Below, piece after piece: positions 29,093 through 37,436 of a stretch of 64,000 nucleotides of DNA (position 1 is its first letter; every line of letters starts with the position of its first letter). Made by a program: the position numbers and the translations under genes. The notes beneath the pieces are model-generated. The model was given only the letters and a program-made list of their open reading frames with translations, had not been told where the DNA came from and ran no database searches. Origin of the DNA: Patescibacteria group bacterium (lineage in GTDB: Bacteria > Patescibacteriota > Patescibacteriia > Magasanikbacterales > GWA2-37-8); NCBI GenBank assembly GCA_041661385.1, contig JBAZUP010000002.1, positions 14,670-78,669 of the forward strand, in the 5' to 3' direction.

Positions 29093-29179
29093 AAGTGATT
29101 AGATAAATATATAAATGTTTTCCAGCTGATATTATACTCCTTTGTTATCGGTTTGAAAATGTGCTACCCTTAATAAAGA

Positions 29180-30514
29180 TTGAAACTTGCTATGAAAAGA
29201 TTTATTAGTGCATTTATTATCATAATCTTAATCAGCTCGGTCATTTTAAGCCCGGCGGGTTTTGTGTTCGCGCAATCCAAGACCGACACTCAAATTCAGC
29301 TCGAACAGGAGTTGAAAGAAATTCAGTCACAAATAGATGAATATTCAAAAGTGCTCGCTAAAACCGTAAGCGAAAAAAAGACTCTGCAAAATAAAATAAA
29401 ACAATTACAAACCAAACAAAAAGCTTTGCAGTTACAAATAAAAGAATCAACTTTGAAACTTTATGCCCTGGAAGATAAAATTGTCGTTACTGAAAAGGGG
29501 ATTAAAAAAAATAAGCTGAAAGAAGATGAATTAAATAATGCTGTGGCTTCTGCAATACGGCGGATGAATCAAATTGATAATAATTTTTTGGTCGCCCTAA
29601 TCACGGCTGAAGGGTTTTCATCTTTTCTCAACGAAATACATGGTTATGCGGTGGTTTCGGATGCCTTAGGCAATCTTCGCGCCGAAACAAAGAATCTGAG
29701 AGTTAAATTAGAAGAACAAAATGTTCAATTGGAAGATCAAAAAAATGATACAGTAAACATTTTGCAGATAAAATCCATTCAACAGCAGGGTTTGATTGGC
29801 ACGATCGGCGAACAGAATAATGTCTTGGAAGAAACTAAAGGAAAGGAAAGTGAATATCAAGCAGCGCTTTCAGACACCAAAGCCCGCGCGGCAGAAATCC
29901 GCAACCGTATTTATGAATTATTTGACGTCGGTAAGCAAATTACTTTTGGACAAGCGGTAGAAATTGCTAAATGGGCGGCAGGCATTACCGGTGCGAGGCC
30001 GGCTTTTTTACTTGCTATACTTACTCAAGAATCAAATCTTGGAAAAAATGTAGGAACTTGTAATCGGCTTGGTGATCCGCCGGAAAAAAGTTGGAAGGTA
30101 ATAATGAAGCCTGATCGCGACCAGGAACCTTTTAAAGCAATTACCGCCGAACTTGGACTCGACCCGGATATTACTCCGGTTTCATGTCCGATGCGCGACC
30201 GGAAGGGAAAACAAGTCGGTTGGGGCGGGGCAATGGGTCCGGCGCAGTTTATTCCATCTACTTGGCTGGGTTGGAAAAGTAAGGTTAGTTCATATACCGG
30301 CAAAGCTGTAGCGGATCCGTGGGATATTCGGGATGCGTTTTTAGCTTCGGCATTAAAATTAAAAAGTAACGGAGCAGACGGTACGGATGCCGGTGAGTGG
30401 AAAGCCGCGATGATATATTTTTCCGGTTCGACCAATGTAAAAAATCGTTTCTACGGTGATAATGTAATTGCAACTACCAGGCAATATCTTCAGGACATTG
30501 CAGATCTAAGGTAA
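29180..30514 (+). CDS. Secreted coiled-coil protein with a C-terminal lytic-transglycosylase-like (MltB-type) domain
   Basis: Signal peptide, ~250 aa heptad-rich Q/K/E region, C-terminal GAMGPAQFIPSTW motif typical of family 3 lytic transglycosylases. Confidence 0.6.
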   Translation: MKLAMKRFISAFIIIILISSVILSPAGFVFAQSKTDTQIQLEQELKEIQSQIDEYSKVLAKTVSEKKTLQNKIKQLQTKQKALQLQIKESTLKLYALEDKIVVTEKGIKKNKLKEDELNNAVASAIRRMNQIDNNFLVALITAEGFSSFLNEIHGYAVVSDALGNLRAETKNLRVKLEEQNVQLEDQKNDTVNILQIKSIQQQGLIGTIGEQNNVLEETKGKESEYQAALSDTKARAAEIRNRIYELFDVGKQITFGQAVEIAKWAAGITGARPAFLLAILTQESNLGKNVGTCNRLGDPPEKSWKVIMKPDRDQEPFKAITAELGLDPDITPVSCPMRDRKGKQVGWGGAMGPAQFIPSTWLGWKSKVSSYTGKAVADPWDIRDAFLASALKLKSNGADGTDAGEWKAAMIYFSGSTNVKNRFYGDNVIATTRQYLQDIADLR

Positions 30515-30553
30515 TAAAAAAACCGCCATTCTAAAAGTTGCGGTTTTTTTATT
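30515..30553. terminator. Bidirectional terminator
   Basis: AAAAAACCGCCATTCTAAAAGTTGCGGTTTTTTTATT. Confidence 0.65.
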
Positions 30554-30554
30554 A

Positions 30555-31871
30555 TTAAAAAGAAAATTTTTCATAATGAAGTCGGCCCGGTCTGACTCCC
30601 AACTCTTTCAGCATATTAGTTACCGGGTCGTGCATGTTCGGCGGTCCGCAAAAGAAAATATCACAATCCAAATAATCTGGTGCTAATTGTTTAATTTTAT
30701 CTTTATCAAGCCTGCCCGAAATGTATTCTTTTCCGCCGTAGCCGGCGCCGGCATCGGAAATTAGATAATAGGTTTTAATTGGCAGTTCATCAAAATGCGC
30801 TCGAAAAGGAATTTGCGCCGCTGAACGGATGCAGTACAGCAAAGTAATATCTGTGATGCCTTTTTTTGTGAGTGAATCTATTATGCCGGCAATGGGAGTA
30901 ATGCCGACACCGGCCGCAATAAATAGAAAACGCTTGGTTTTAGATTTTTTTTCTGTAAAAGTCCCGAGCGGGCCATCAATAATAACTCCAGTTCCGGGAG
31001 ACAGCTCTTTAATTCGATTGGTAAAATCACCCAGAGATTTAATTGTAAAACGAAGGTAATCGTTGTTTGGCGCGCAGGATATAGAAAAAGGATGGCTTGA
31101 AAGCATTCCCCATTTCAAAAAATTAATAATCGCAAATTGGCCGGCATCAAAAGAAAATTTGTTTATATCTTTGCCGGAAATATAAATTGACGTAACATCG
31201 TTTGATTCAGCGACAATTTTTTCAATTTTAAATCGATGGCGAGCAAATAAATAGAACGGTCGTAGAAAGCGGTAGAATAAAATTAGCCCGAACACGGCAT
31301 AATTTAAAGTGAGCCAATAGTATAAAGCTGGCGCCCGGGTCAAATCACCGGATTTAGTTTGGTGCTCAAGCGCAAGAACGATAGCGATATAAATAAAAAG
31401 ATGAGTGAAGTGCCAGCGTTCGTATTTTAGTTTTTTTCGAAAAACAGTCAGGGATAAAATGATTGCGATTGTAAAAATTATTAAACCGATTAGAGCGTTT
31501 ACTACATCATGCCAATCTGAAATAAAACTAAGAAATTGAGCCCAATAAGATGTATCGGTCATGCTGCCCCAACCGATGCTAAGCAGGAGCGGGTGGGCGA
31601 CTAAAAATATTATTATGTATGTTCCAACCCAGCGGTGCACATTATTTAATTCGTCATGGCCAAATTGTTTTTCAATAAAGCGAATGCGGCCAATTAGCAC
31701 CAGTTGAAATAATATTAAAAATTCTGAAAGCAATCCGGTAATTCTGCCAAGAGCGATAAAAATACCGGCAAAAGACCCCGCTCGCAAAAAGCTCCCAGAG
31801 ACCGCATACCAAAAATAAAAAATCACCAATAAATTAGTTATGAATAGTGCTTGTAGTAGTCTTTTTTTCAT
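30555..31871 (-). CDS. Ferric-reductase/NOX-family membrane flavoprotein: 6-TM ferric-reductase domain plus FAD- and NAD(P)H-binding FNR-like domain
   Basis: Multiple His-containing TM helices, HPFSIS FAD-binding motif, C-terminal nucleotide-binding GVGITP and CGPP. Confidence 0.75.
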   Translation of the reverse strand: MKKRLLQALFITNLLVIFYFWYAVSGSFLRAGSFAGIFIALGRITGLLSEFLILFQLVLIGRIRFIEKQFGHDELNNVHRWVGTYIIIFLVAHPLLLSIGWGSMTDTSYWAQFLSFISDWHDVVNALIGLIIFTIAIILSLTVFRKKLKYERWHFTHLFIYIAIVLALEHQTKSGDLTRAPALYYWLTLNYAVFGLILFYRFLRPFYLFARHRFKIEKIVAESNDVTSIYISGKDINKFSFDAGQFAIINFLKWGMLSSHPFSISCAPNNDYLRFTIKSLGDFTNRIKELSPGTGVIIDGPLGTFTEKKSKTKRFLFIAAGVGITPIAGIIDSLTKKGITDITLLYCIRSAAQIPFRAHFDELPIKTYYLISDAGAGYGGKEYISGRLDKDKIKQLAPDYLDCDIFFCGPPNMHDPVTNMLKELGVRPGRLHYEKFSF

Positions 31872-32041
31872 TTAATTTAAGAAATATATAGACATTTTCT
31901 ATAAGTAATTTTACATTTATATATGCAAAATAGCAACCCTAGCTTTGCTATATTTCGCTTGTAACTTACTTAACTTTAGCTGTGTATACTCTGTAAGGCG
32001 GCACATTGTTACATGCGCCTTTATTATTTAGCCAAGTTAGT

Positions 32042-32956
32042 ATGAAAAAAACAACAATGCTAACAGTAATGGTTGTTGCGTTTGCAGCTGGTATTGTGTT
32101 GCCGGCGATTGTAAATGCTCAGACAATTGGAAATCAAATTACTCTTATTCTAAAAAAAGAAAATATTAATCCGGTTGTGTTGGTATCGACTAATACAATT
32201 CCTACCGCCTCAACTACGGTCATTGTTCCGGCTTTGAAAGAGGCTGCTAAACCAAACACACAAAAGATCTCGCGCCTAGATCAGTTGGTCGCCAAACTTA
32301 AATTAAATACTATTAGCAATGAAGTTTTAGAATTACAAACTGGGTTAAAAAAACTTGGGTATTTTTCTGTAAATTTTAAGCCGACAAAAAAATATGGTCC
32401 AGCAACTGCCGCGGCAGTAAAAAAATATCAGGCTGATAAAAAATTGCCTCGTTTTGAGCAGTTGGTTTCTAGACTTCGGTCCGGAATGGTAAGTAATGAA
32501 GTTTTAGAATTACAAACAGGGTTAAAAAAACTTGGATATTTATCAAAAACTTTTAAACCTACAAATAAATATGGGTCGGCAACCGCTGTCGCCGTAAAAA
32601 AATATCTGGCAGATAAAAAGAAAAAAACGAACGTTTCGACTGCGGTAAAATCGCCGGCAATAAAAACTTCGGTTGTTGCAAAATCGGCGACAGTGGTAAA
32701 ACCCGCGACTGTTCCGGTCGTGCGAAGTTATACAATGGCAGAAGTTAGTGTAAATAACAGCGCTGCGAAATGTTGGTCAGCAATTAACGGCAAAGTTTAT
32801 AATCTTACTAATTTCTTTGGTAATCATGCTGGTGGGGATCCGGCGATTGCGTCGTTATGCGGTAAAGATGGTACAGTTTCTTTTGATGCTATGCATGGCG
32901 GAAAGGTGAAACCCGAAACGGTTCTAAAAACCTTTGAAATCGGATTGTTAAAATAA
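32042..32956 (+). CDS. Secreted protein with two peptidoglycan-binding (PG_binding_1-like) repeats and a C-terminal cytochrome b5-like heme-binding domain
   Basis: Signal peptide. Duplicated LELQTGLKKLGY...KYG.ATA.AVKKY modules. C-terminus YTMAEVSVNNSAAKCWSAINGKVYNLTNFFGNHAGG (b5-like H.GG). The track ORF starts at 32006. Confidence 0.6.
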   Translation: MKKTTMLTVMVVAFAAGIVLPAIVNAQTIGNQITLILKKENINPVVLVSTNTIPTASTTVIVPALKEAAKPNTQKISRLDQLVAKLKLNTISNEVLELQTGLKKLGYFSVNFKPTKKYGPATAAAVKKYQADKKLPRFEQLVSRLRSGMVSNEVLELQTGLKKLGYLSKTFKPTNKYGSATAVAVKKYLADKKKKTNVSTAVKSPAIKTSVVAKSATVVKPATVPVVRSYTMAEVSVNNSAAKCWSAINGKVYNLTNFFGNHAGGDPAIASLCGKDGTVSFDAMHGGKVKPETVLKTFEIGLLK

Positions 32957-32968
32957 ATTTTAAAATTT

Positions 32969-32997
32969 AAAGGGGCCGAAAGGCCTCTTTTTTTGTT
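32969..32997 (+). terminator. Intrinsic terminator
   Basis: AGGGGCCGAAAGGCCTCTTTTTTTG. Confidence 0.6.
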
Positions 32998-33020
32998 TAA
33001 GTAAATAGTTCGGAAAACCA

Positions 33021-33049
33021 TTGACAAAACCCGGTTTTTGTGATATATT
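33021..33049 (+). promoter_or_regulatory. Strong sigma70-type promoter TTGACA-17-TATATT
   Basis: TTGACA 33021-33026, 17-nt spacer, TATATT 33044-33049. Drives a GC-rich ~330-nt unit ending in the terminator at 33356-33385. Confidence 0.6.
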
Positions 33050-33186
33050 GTGATGTTCTTTAAAATCGCCAAAACACTCCGATGTTTGCCGGTTTATACC
33101 GCTAAACACCGGAAGGGTCCAGATTTAAAACTGGACGCAAGACCGGTTTAGTCGCCCGAGTCTCCCTTCCTAAACAGGACAAATAT

Positions 33187-33348
33187 ATGTTTAGGGCCAT
33201 AAGTGGAGCCTTGTCGCTTCTTCTCTGCATTCTAGTCTTGCGTTTGGCTCTTCCTGAGGTGTTCACGGTCCTGGTCGGGATCATTCTAAAAGTGCTGACC
33301 TTAGTCAGCAACGGAATTGATCTCGCATCAAGCCAAAGAACACTTTAA
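33187..33348 (+). CDS. Candidate small hydrophobic protein (53 aa, two predicted TM helices) inside the GC-rich unit
   Basis: MFRAISGALSLLLCILVLRLALPEVFTVLVGIILKVLTLVSNGIDLASSQRTL. Below the 60-aa cutoff of the ORF track. Weak RBS (AGGAC). A terminator hairpin starts 8 nt after the stop. The ~130-nt leader contains hairpins and a duplicated ACCGGTTTA. Confidence 0.35.
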   Translation: MFRAISGALSLLLCILVLRLALPEVFTVLVGIILKVLTLVSNGIDLASSQRTL

Positions 33349-33355
33349 ACGACTT

Positions 33356-33385
33356 GGGGTTCGCGTCGCGAACCCCTTCTCTTTG
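33356..33385 (+). terminator. Intrinsic terminator
   Basis: GGGGTTCGCGTCGCGAACCCC followed by TTCTCTTT. Confidence 0.65.
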
Positions 33386-33410
33386 ACAAAACTCTAACTC
33401 GGAGGAACTC

Positions 33411-33791
33411 ATGAAGTTCTTCGCACTGCTTGCAGTCGTTTGCCTTTTTGGTTGTGGTAATCTCAGTTACCCTTGCGGGCTATCATGTGACAATGATAGC
33501 CACCTTTGTACCTGCGAGCCACACCATGGCTCCACCGAACAGTTCTGGATTCACGATGCCTACGCCGTCCGATTCTTCACCTGTGGCTGCAAGTATACTC
33601 GCAGCGCAGGTTCTACATCGGGGGCTCCGATTCCATCTGACCCAAGTCTCGGCGAGTGCTACGCCATCGCAGTCGGTTCGGTGAACCCACCATATGATTG
33701 TGAGATGTCTCGCAGTCAGTATTCTGGGTACGAACCCTGCATTCGTATTATCGAGATGGGGGGCTCGGTTGCCTGCGGAGATCCTCGTTAA
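33411..33791 (+). CDS. Cys-rich secreted lipoprotein (GC-rich islet)
   Basis: RBS GGAGG. Signal peptide with lipobox LFGC. 14 Cys in 126 aa. Confidence 0.55.
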   Translation: MKFFALLAVVCLFGCGNLSYPCGLSCDNDSHLCTCEPHHGSTEQFWIHDAYAVRFFTCGCKYTRSAGSTSGAPIPSDPSLGECYAIAVGSVNPPYDCEMSRSQYSGYEPCIRIIEMGGSVACGDPR

Positions 33792-33815
33792 GGATCAAAT
33801 TCGTTCTTTTTCAAA

Positions 33816-33848
33816 GCCGGTCGCTTCCACGCGACCGGCTCTTCTTTT
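33816..33848 (+). terminator. Intrinsic terminator
   Basis: AGCCGGTCGCTTCCACGCGACCGGCT followed by CTTCTTTT. Confidence 0.6.
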
Positions 33849-33849
33849 A

Positions 33850-33895
33850 ATAAAAAACTCCCCGATTGCTCGGGGAGTTAAAATTTTATTTTTTA
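33850..33895. terminator. Bidirectional terminator; on the minus strand it terminates hup
   Basis: AACTCCCCGATTGCTCGGGGAGTT flanked by A-runs and T-runs. Confidence 0.65.
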
Positions 33896-33900
33896 TCTTA

Positions 33901-34182
33901 TTATAATACAGCTTCTTTGGCAGCCTTTGAGAGTCTGAATTTGCAAACAGTCTTGGCTTTGATCTGGATGGTTTCACCGGTAGCTGGGTTGCGGCCTTGG
34001 CGAGCAGCGCGGTTAACTTTTACCATTTTACCAAATCCTGGCAAAACGAATACGCCAGTTTTCTTAACTTCCTTGTAAGCAGTTTCCGCGAGTTTCTCGA
34101 GGAAAGCACCAACATCTTTCTTGCTGAGACCGGTTTGTTCGGCCAACATACTTAATAAAGCTGACTTTGTCATACCTGCCAT
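33901..34182 (-). CDS. hup: HU family DNA-binding protein (paralog 1)
   Basis: 93 aa. KKDVGAFLEKLAETAYKEVKKTGVFVLPGFGKMVKVNRAARQGRNPATGETIQIKAKTV is the canonical HU arm region. Confidence 0.85.
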   Translation of the reverse strand: MAGMTKSALLSMLAEQTGLSKKDVGAFLEKLAETAYKEVKKTGVFVLPGFGKMVKVNRAARQGRNPATGETIQIKAKTVCKFRLSKAAKEAVL

Positions 34183-34276
34183 ATGAATATATGGTTAATA
34201 ATTAAAATTTATATGGTATAAATTAGGTTTAGTATATAACAAACCTATAAAAAGAGCAATAGATACGGGGATAATC

Positions 34277-34498
34277 TTACATTTTGAAAAATTCCATGAC
34301 TTTATAAACCAAAAAAGCTGGCCAAACTAGTGCCTTTAAAAATCCAAGCACACCTCCCCAAAACGTTGTGGCGTGCTGAATTAAATATATGGCCGCTCCG
34401 ATAAACCCAAGACCATAGGCACCCCCGGAAACATTGTTGTTTCCGCTTTTTTTGCAACACTTTTTATTTGGGTCGCAAACTTTTTGCTCTTCCGTCAT
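34277..34498 (-). CDS. Small membrane protein (73 aa)
   Basis: Cys-rich N-terminus CDPNKKCCKK then two TM helices. Immediately downstream of the PspC-domain gene. Confidence 0.4.
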   Translation of the reverse strand: MTEEQKVCDPNKKCCKKSGNNNVSGGAYGLGFIGAAIYLIQHATTFWGGVLGFLKALVWPAFLVYKVMEFFKM

Positions 34499-34503
34499 AT
34501 AAT

Positions 34504-34698
34504 TTATATTTTATTTTCTACTGGCATAATTAGCCAGGCGATTAAATAAAAGGGGATGCCAGGGCCGGCCAAACCAGCAAAAACAAAAATTAAGCGAACC
34601 AAGGTTGGGTCAATGTTAAAAAATTCAGCAAAACCGCCCGCTACTCCGGCAATCATTTTATTTTTGGTCGAACGATAGAGTTTTTTGTCGGTTATCAT
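34504..34698 (-). CDS. PspC-domain small membrane protein
   Basis: LYRSTKNKMIAGVAGGFAEFFNIDPTLVRLIFVFAGL matches the PspC domain signature. Confidence 0.6.
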   Translation of the reverse strand: MITDKKLYRSTKNKMIAGVAGGFAEFFNIDPTLVRLIFVFAGLAGPGIPFYLIAWLIMPVENKI

Positions 34699-34769
34699 AG
34701 GGATAAATGGTTGTGTTTAATCGCCAATAATGTAACACATTATCAAAAAACAATAAAGGTTTTGATTAT

Positions 34770-35912
34770 TTAGTTGGTAATTTGTTTAATGTATTTAGCA
34801 AATACCCATTCATTATTTTCGCTAATGCGTAGCCAGCCATTTTTTGATTCATAAACTATTACCGGCTCTTTATAATTAAGTTTTTTAAGAACTTTGCCTT
34901 TGGTATTTGGCGCATTACGAACATTTAATCCTTTTTCTGTTACTGATCCTCTTGAAACAATCGGAAAAGCGCCCATCAAGTGTGGCAGAGTACGGCCTGG
35001 CTCGACAAAATATTGTCCAGTAAGGTTGTAGGCGCAAGTGGCGCTGCCGCCGCCATCGGCTTGTAGTTGGTTTTCTACAGGAACACCAGCGGCGAGTAGT
35101 GCTTCTCTCGCTTCACTAGGGCTAGCACCCTTACTACAATAAATAATTAGTTCTTTACCACCGGGTTTGACGCCTATAAATAATCTGGCAACTTCTGAAT
35201 CAGAACCCTTTGGAGTAATACTCGCGTCAAATCCTTCCACGGCTTGATCGCCGTCATTAATAAAAAGATTTTCATCAAAAGAACTAATCGTGCTTGTTCC
35301 GGCGGCATTATTAATAATAAGCATTTGTCGCAGTTGAGCGATATCAGAATCTGGACGACTGCCGCTTGTCACATAAGTGCCGGAGGTATCGGAAGATTTT
35401 AAACTCATGCTAAGATCAGTAACCGGAATTTCAACATTGAAAAATGGAACATTCCAAATAAATTTAGCATTTTTATTTGCGGCTTTGGCCCTTTCAACCT
35501 GTAGCTTGGCAAAAGCCCAATCATGTATCTCTGCGGTACTGGTTGCCGGGGATGATGCTGCTATTTCTGGGGTTGAGGTCACTTCGACAAAATCAGTTTG
35601 GACCTCGGTCGTTGTTTCAGACGCGGCAACGGTCGGATTAAATGGAGGTTTGCCAAGACCCCAATCTGTCTTTGGGGTTGATGAGGCGATAAATTTTATT
35701 TGGTTGTAGGGTAGGTATATAACTGTTAGAAAATCGAGGTGGCCGTTTCCTTCAGGCGCTTTCATAAATGTGGAAATGCCCCGCGCTCCAGCCCAAGTTA
35801 TTGGGGTATAGCCTTCGGGAGTGGTTGCTTTCCAGGTAGCTGCTTTTGCCGAACCGGTCTGAACTGCCATGAATGTGACCAAGAAACTAACAAAGAGAAG
35901 AAGCTTTTTCAT
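34770..35912 (-). CDS. Secreted Thr/Ser-rich protein with a C-terminal bacterial SH3 (SH3b) domain
   Basis: Signal peptide MKKLLLFVSFLVTFMAVQTGSAKA. C-terminus GLNVRNAPNTKGKVLKKLNYKEPVIVYESKNGWLRIS is SH3b-like. The track ORF extends to 35954. Confidence 0.55.
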   Translation of the reverse strand: MKKLLLFVSFLVTFMAVQTGSAKAATWKATTPEGYTPITWAGARGISTFMKAPEGNGHLDFLTVIYLPYNQIKFIASSTPKTDWGLGKPPFNPTVAASETTTEVQTDFVEVTSTPEIAASSPATSTAEIHDWAFAKLQVERAKAANKNAKFIWNVPFFNVEIPVTDLSMSLKSSDTSGTYVTSGSRPDSDIAQLRQMLIINNAAGTSTISSFDENLFINDGDQAVEGFDASITPKGSDSEVARLFIGVKPGGKELIIYCSKGASPSEAREALLAAGVPVENQLQADGGGSATCAYNLTGQYFVEPGRTLPHLMGAFPIVSRGSVTEKGLNVRNAPNTKGKVLKKLNYKEPVIVYESKNGWLRISENNEWVFAKYIKQITN

Positions 35913-35957
35913 ATAATTTGACAAAGTTATGTCGTGCAGCGCCCTTTGAAGCATGAC

Positions 35958-36578
35958 TTATTTTAAATGTTTGTTATTTTTTTCCCAATTTAATAACCAT
36001 TTTTTTTGAGTGCTATCAATACCGCCCCGAAATAATCTCGATTCAGCGATGGCGTCGGTCATTGTCCAGCCGTCTATTTCATATCGATAAAGTGCGATTA
36101 GAGTTCCAGTTCTTCCAAAGCCGCCACGGCAATGAATATGAACGGGTTGGTTTTTAGGGTCAGTTGCAAATTTTAAGAAGCTGCGGGCCTCCGCAATGGT
36201 CGGTGCGGCACCGTCGCGCATTGGCAAGTATAAATAATTGAATTTTAAGCTATTAAACCCCTTAATTTTTTTGTCGTCGCTTATTTCTTTGTACTCATTA
36301 TTATATCTTAAATCAATAATGCTTTTCCAACCTTGTTTTTTTAACCACTTAAATTCAGAAAGTAAAGGCTGGCCGGAGCGTGAAATCTTTCCGTTGTCCA
36401 AAATAGCAAAAGACCAGAAGCCATAGGCTTTGGGTGTGCTGGTCGGAATATTATCGCGCGGACCGGTAAAGATTGGGGGAGTAATGGCGGCAATCGAAAA
36501 TTTTGTCGATCCAAAAAAAATTACTCCAAGCAATAACGTGAAGAAAGTTAATATTTTTGTTAATGAAAATTTTTTCAT
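35958..36578 (-). CDS. Secreted or membrane-anchored protein tyrosine/dual-specificity phosphatase
   Basis: N-terminal signal/anchor. CX5R P-loop HCRGGFGRTG. Confidence 0.7.
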   Translation of the reverse strand: MKKFSLTKILTFFTLLLGVIFFGSTKFSIAAITPPIFTGPRDNIPTSTPKAYGFWSFAILDNGKISRSGQPLLSEFKWLKKQGWKSIIDLRYNNEYKEISDDKKIKGFNSLKFNYLYLPMRDGAAPTIAEARSFLKFATDPKNQPVHIHCRGGFGRTGTLIALYRYEIDGWTMTDAIAESRLFRGGIDSTQKKWLLNWEKNNKHLK

Positions 36579-36629
36579 AAATATTTGTCTAGTTAGATTA
36601 TCATACTCGAAAGTAAATTGATAGCAAAT

Positions 36630-36672
36630 AATTAAATAAATACTCCGCGTAAAGCGGAGTATTTATTTAATA
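36630..36672. terminator. Terminator-like hairpin. It belongs to a family of related hairpins (A(C/T)(C/T)CCRC-N5-GYGGAGTATTT) that recurs at 37439-37470 and 37604-37640.
   Basis: ACTCCGCGTAAAGCGGAGT with T-rich flanks on both strands. Confidence 0.55.
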
Positions 36673-36685
36673 TATTGTTGTCCTG

Positions 36686-37372
36686 CTACTCTTGTTCTTT
36701 ATAGCGATTTAAAATTTGTTCAATTAATTTCGGATCGCCCGTATATTTCTCGTGAATAATTTGTTCGATTTCTTTAAAACTATATTCTTGGTTGTAGGGT
36801 CGGTGTGAGGCGAGAGCATCAAAAATATCCGCCGCCGCAACTATTGCCGCGCGCTCATAAATTTTTTTCTCTCCATTCCGGCGGTTTGGTTGCGCGGGCT
36901 TGCCGTTACCATTTCCATTTCTGGGGTAGGGGTTGTTCTGATGTTCATGATGAGATGCGACAATTTCTCTAATGCCATCAAAGGCCGGATCAATTAGTCT
37001 TTCAAAACCTTTTCTAGCGTGAGTGCGCATTAAATCCATTTCTTCTTTGGTGAGGGGAGAATTTTTTGCAAGAACCTCTAAAGGAATGTAGCATTTGCCA
37101 AGGTCATGGAGAAGTCCGCCCGCGCCAACTAACTTTGTTTCTTCTGGTTGTAGATGGTTTTCTATGCAAAGGTCAGTGCTTAGGGTTCCAACTCTTACGC
37201 TATGTTCGTACGAGGGGGCATGGTGTTTTCTAAGGAAATCTAAATGACCAGCTATTCTTTCATCGCTCAAAAGTTCACTGATTAAATCGACGGCTTCTAC
37301 ATTCTTGAGTTTGTAAGGGAAATCAACCGAGCCAATTTTTCCTTCGGGATTGAACCCTAATCTTTCGGGCAT
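36686..37372 (-). CDS. HD-domain metal-dependent phosphohydrolase, HD-GYP-like
   Basis: HDLGK, HHEHQNNPYP (HHE..YP in place of GYP) and DIFDAL. Single domain of 228 aa. Confidence 0.65.
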   Translation of the reverse strand: MPERLGFNPEGKIGSVDFPYKLKNVEAVDLISELLSDERIAGHLDFLRKHHAPSYEHSVRVGTLSTDLCIENHLQPEETKLVGAGGLLHDLGKCYIPLEVLAKNSPLTKEEMDLMRTHARKGFERLIDPAFDGIREIVASHHEHQNNPYPRNGNGNGKPAQPNRRNGEKKIYERAAIVAAADIFDALASHRPYNQEYSFKEIEQIIHEKYTGDPKLIEQILNRYKEQE

Positions 37373-37436
37373 ATCGTAATGGTTTTTAACAGTTAAATAT
37401 TACAGCTATTATTAATTTTTGACAACTAGTAAATAA

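Noticed and set aside
33102-33311. 69-aa minus-strand ORF inside the GC-rich 33021-33385 unit
   Set aside because: It is antisense to a promoter-terminator-defined unit. It is Arg-rich with no RBS. The plus-strand 53-aa TM ORF explains the region better.
33056-33390. tmRNA, RNase P RNA, SRP RNA or 6S RNA identity for the GC-rich transcribed units (also checked for 54400-54740)
   Set aside because: No tRNA-like T-arm/CCA end or GGGG 5' end (tmRNA). No GGAAAGUCC / ACAGAA-CCGGCUUA P4 motifs (RNase P). No GGUCCGGAAGGAAGCAGC domain IV (SRP). Sizes do not fit 6S. Checked by eye only.
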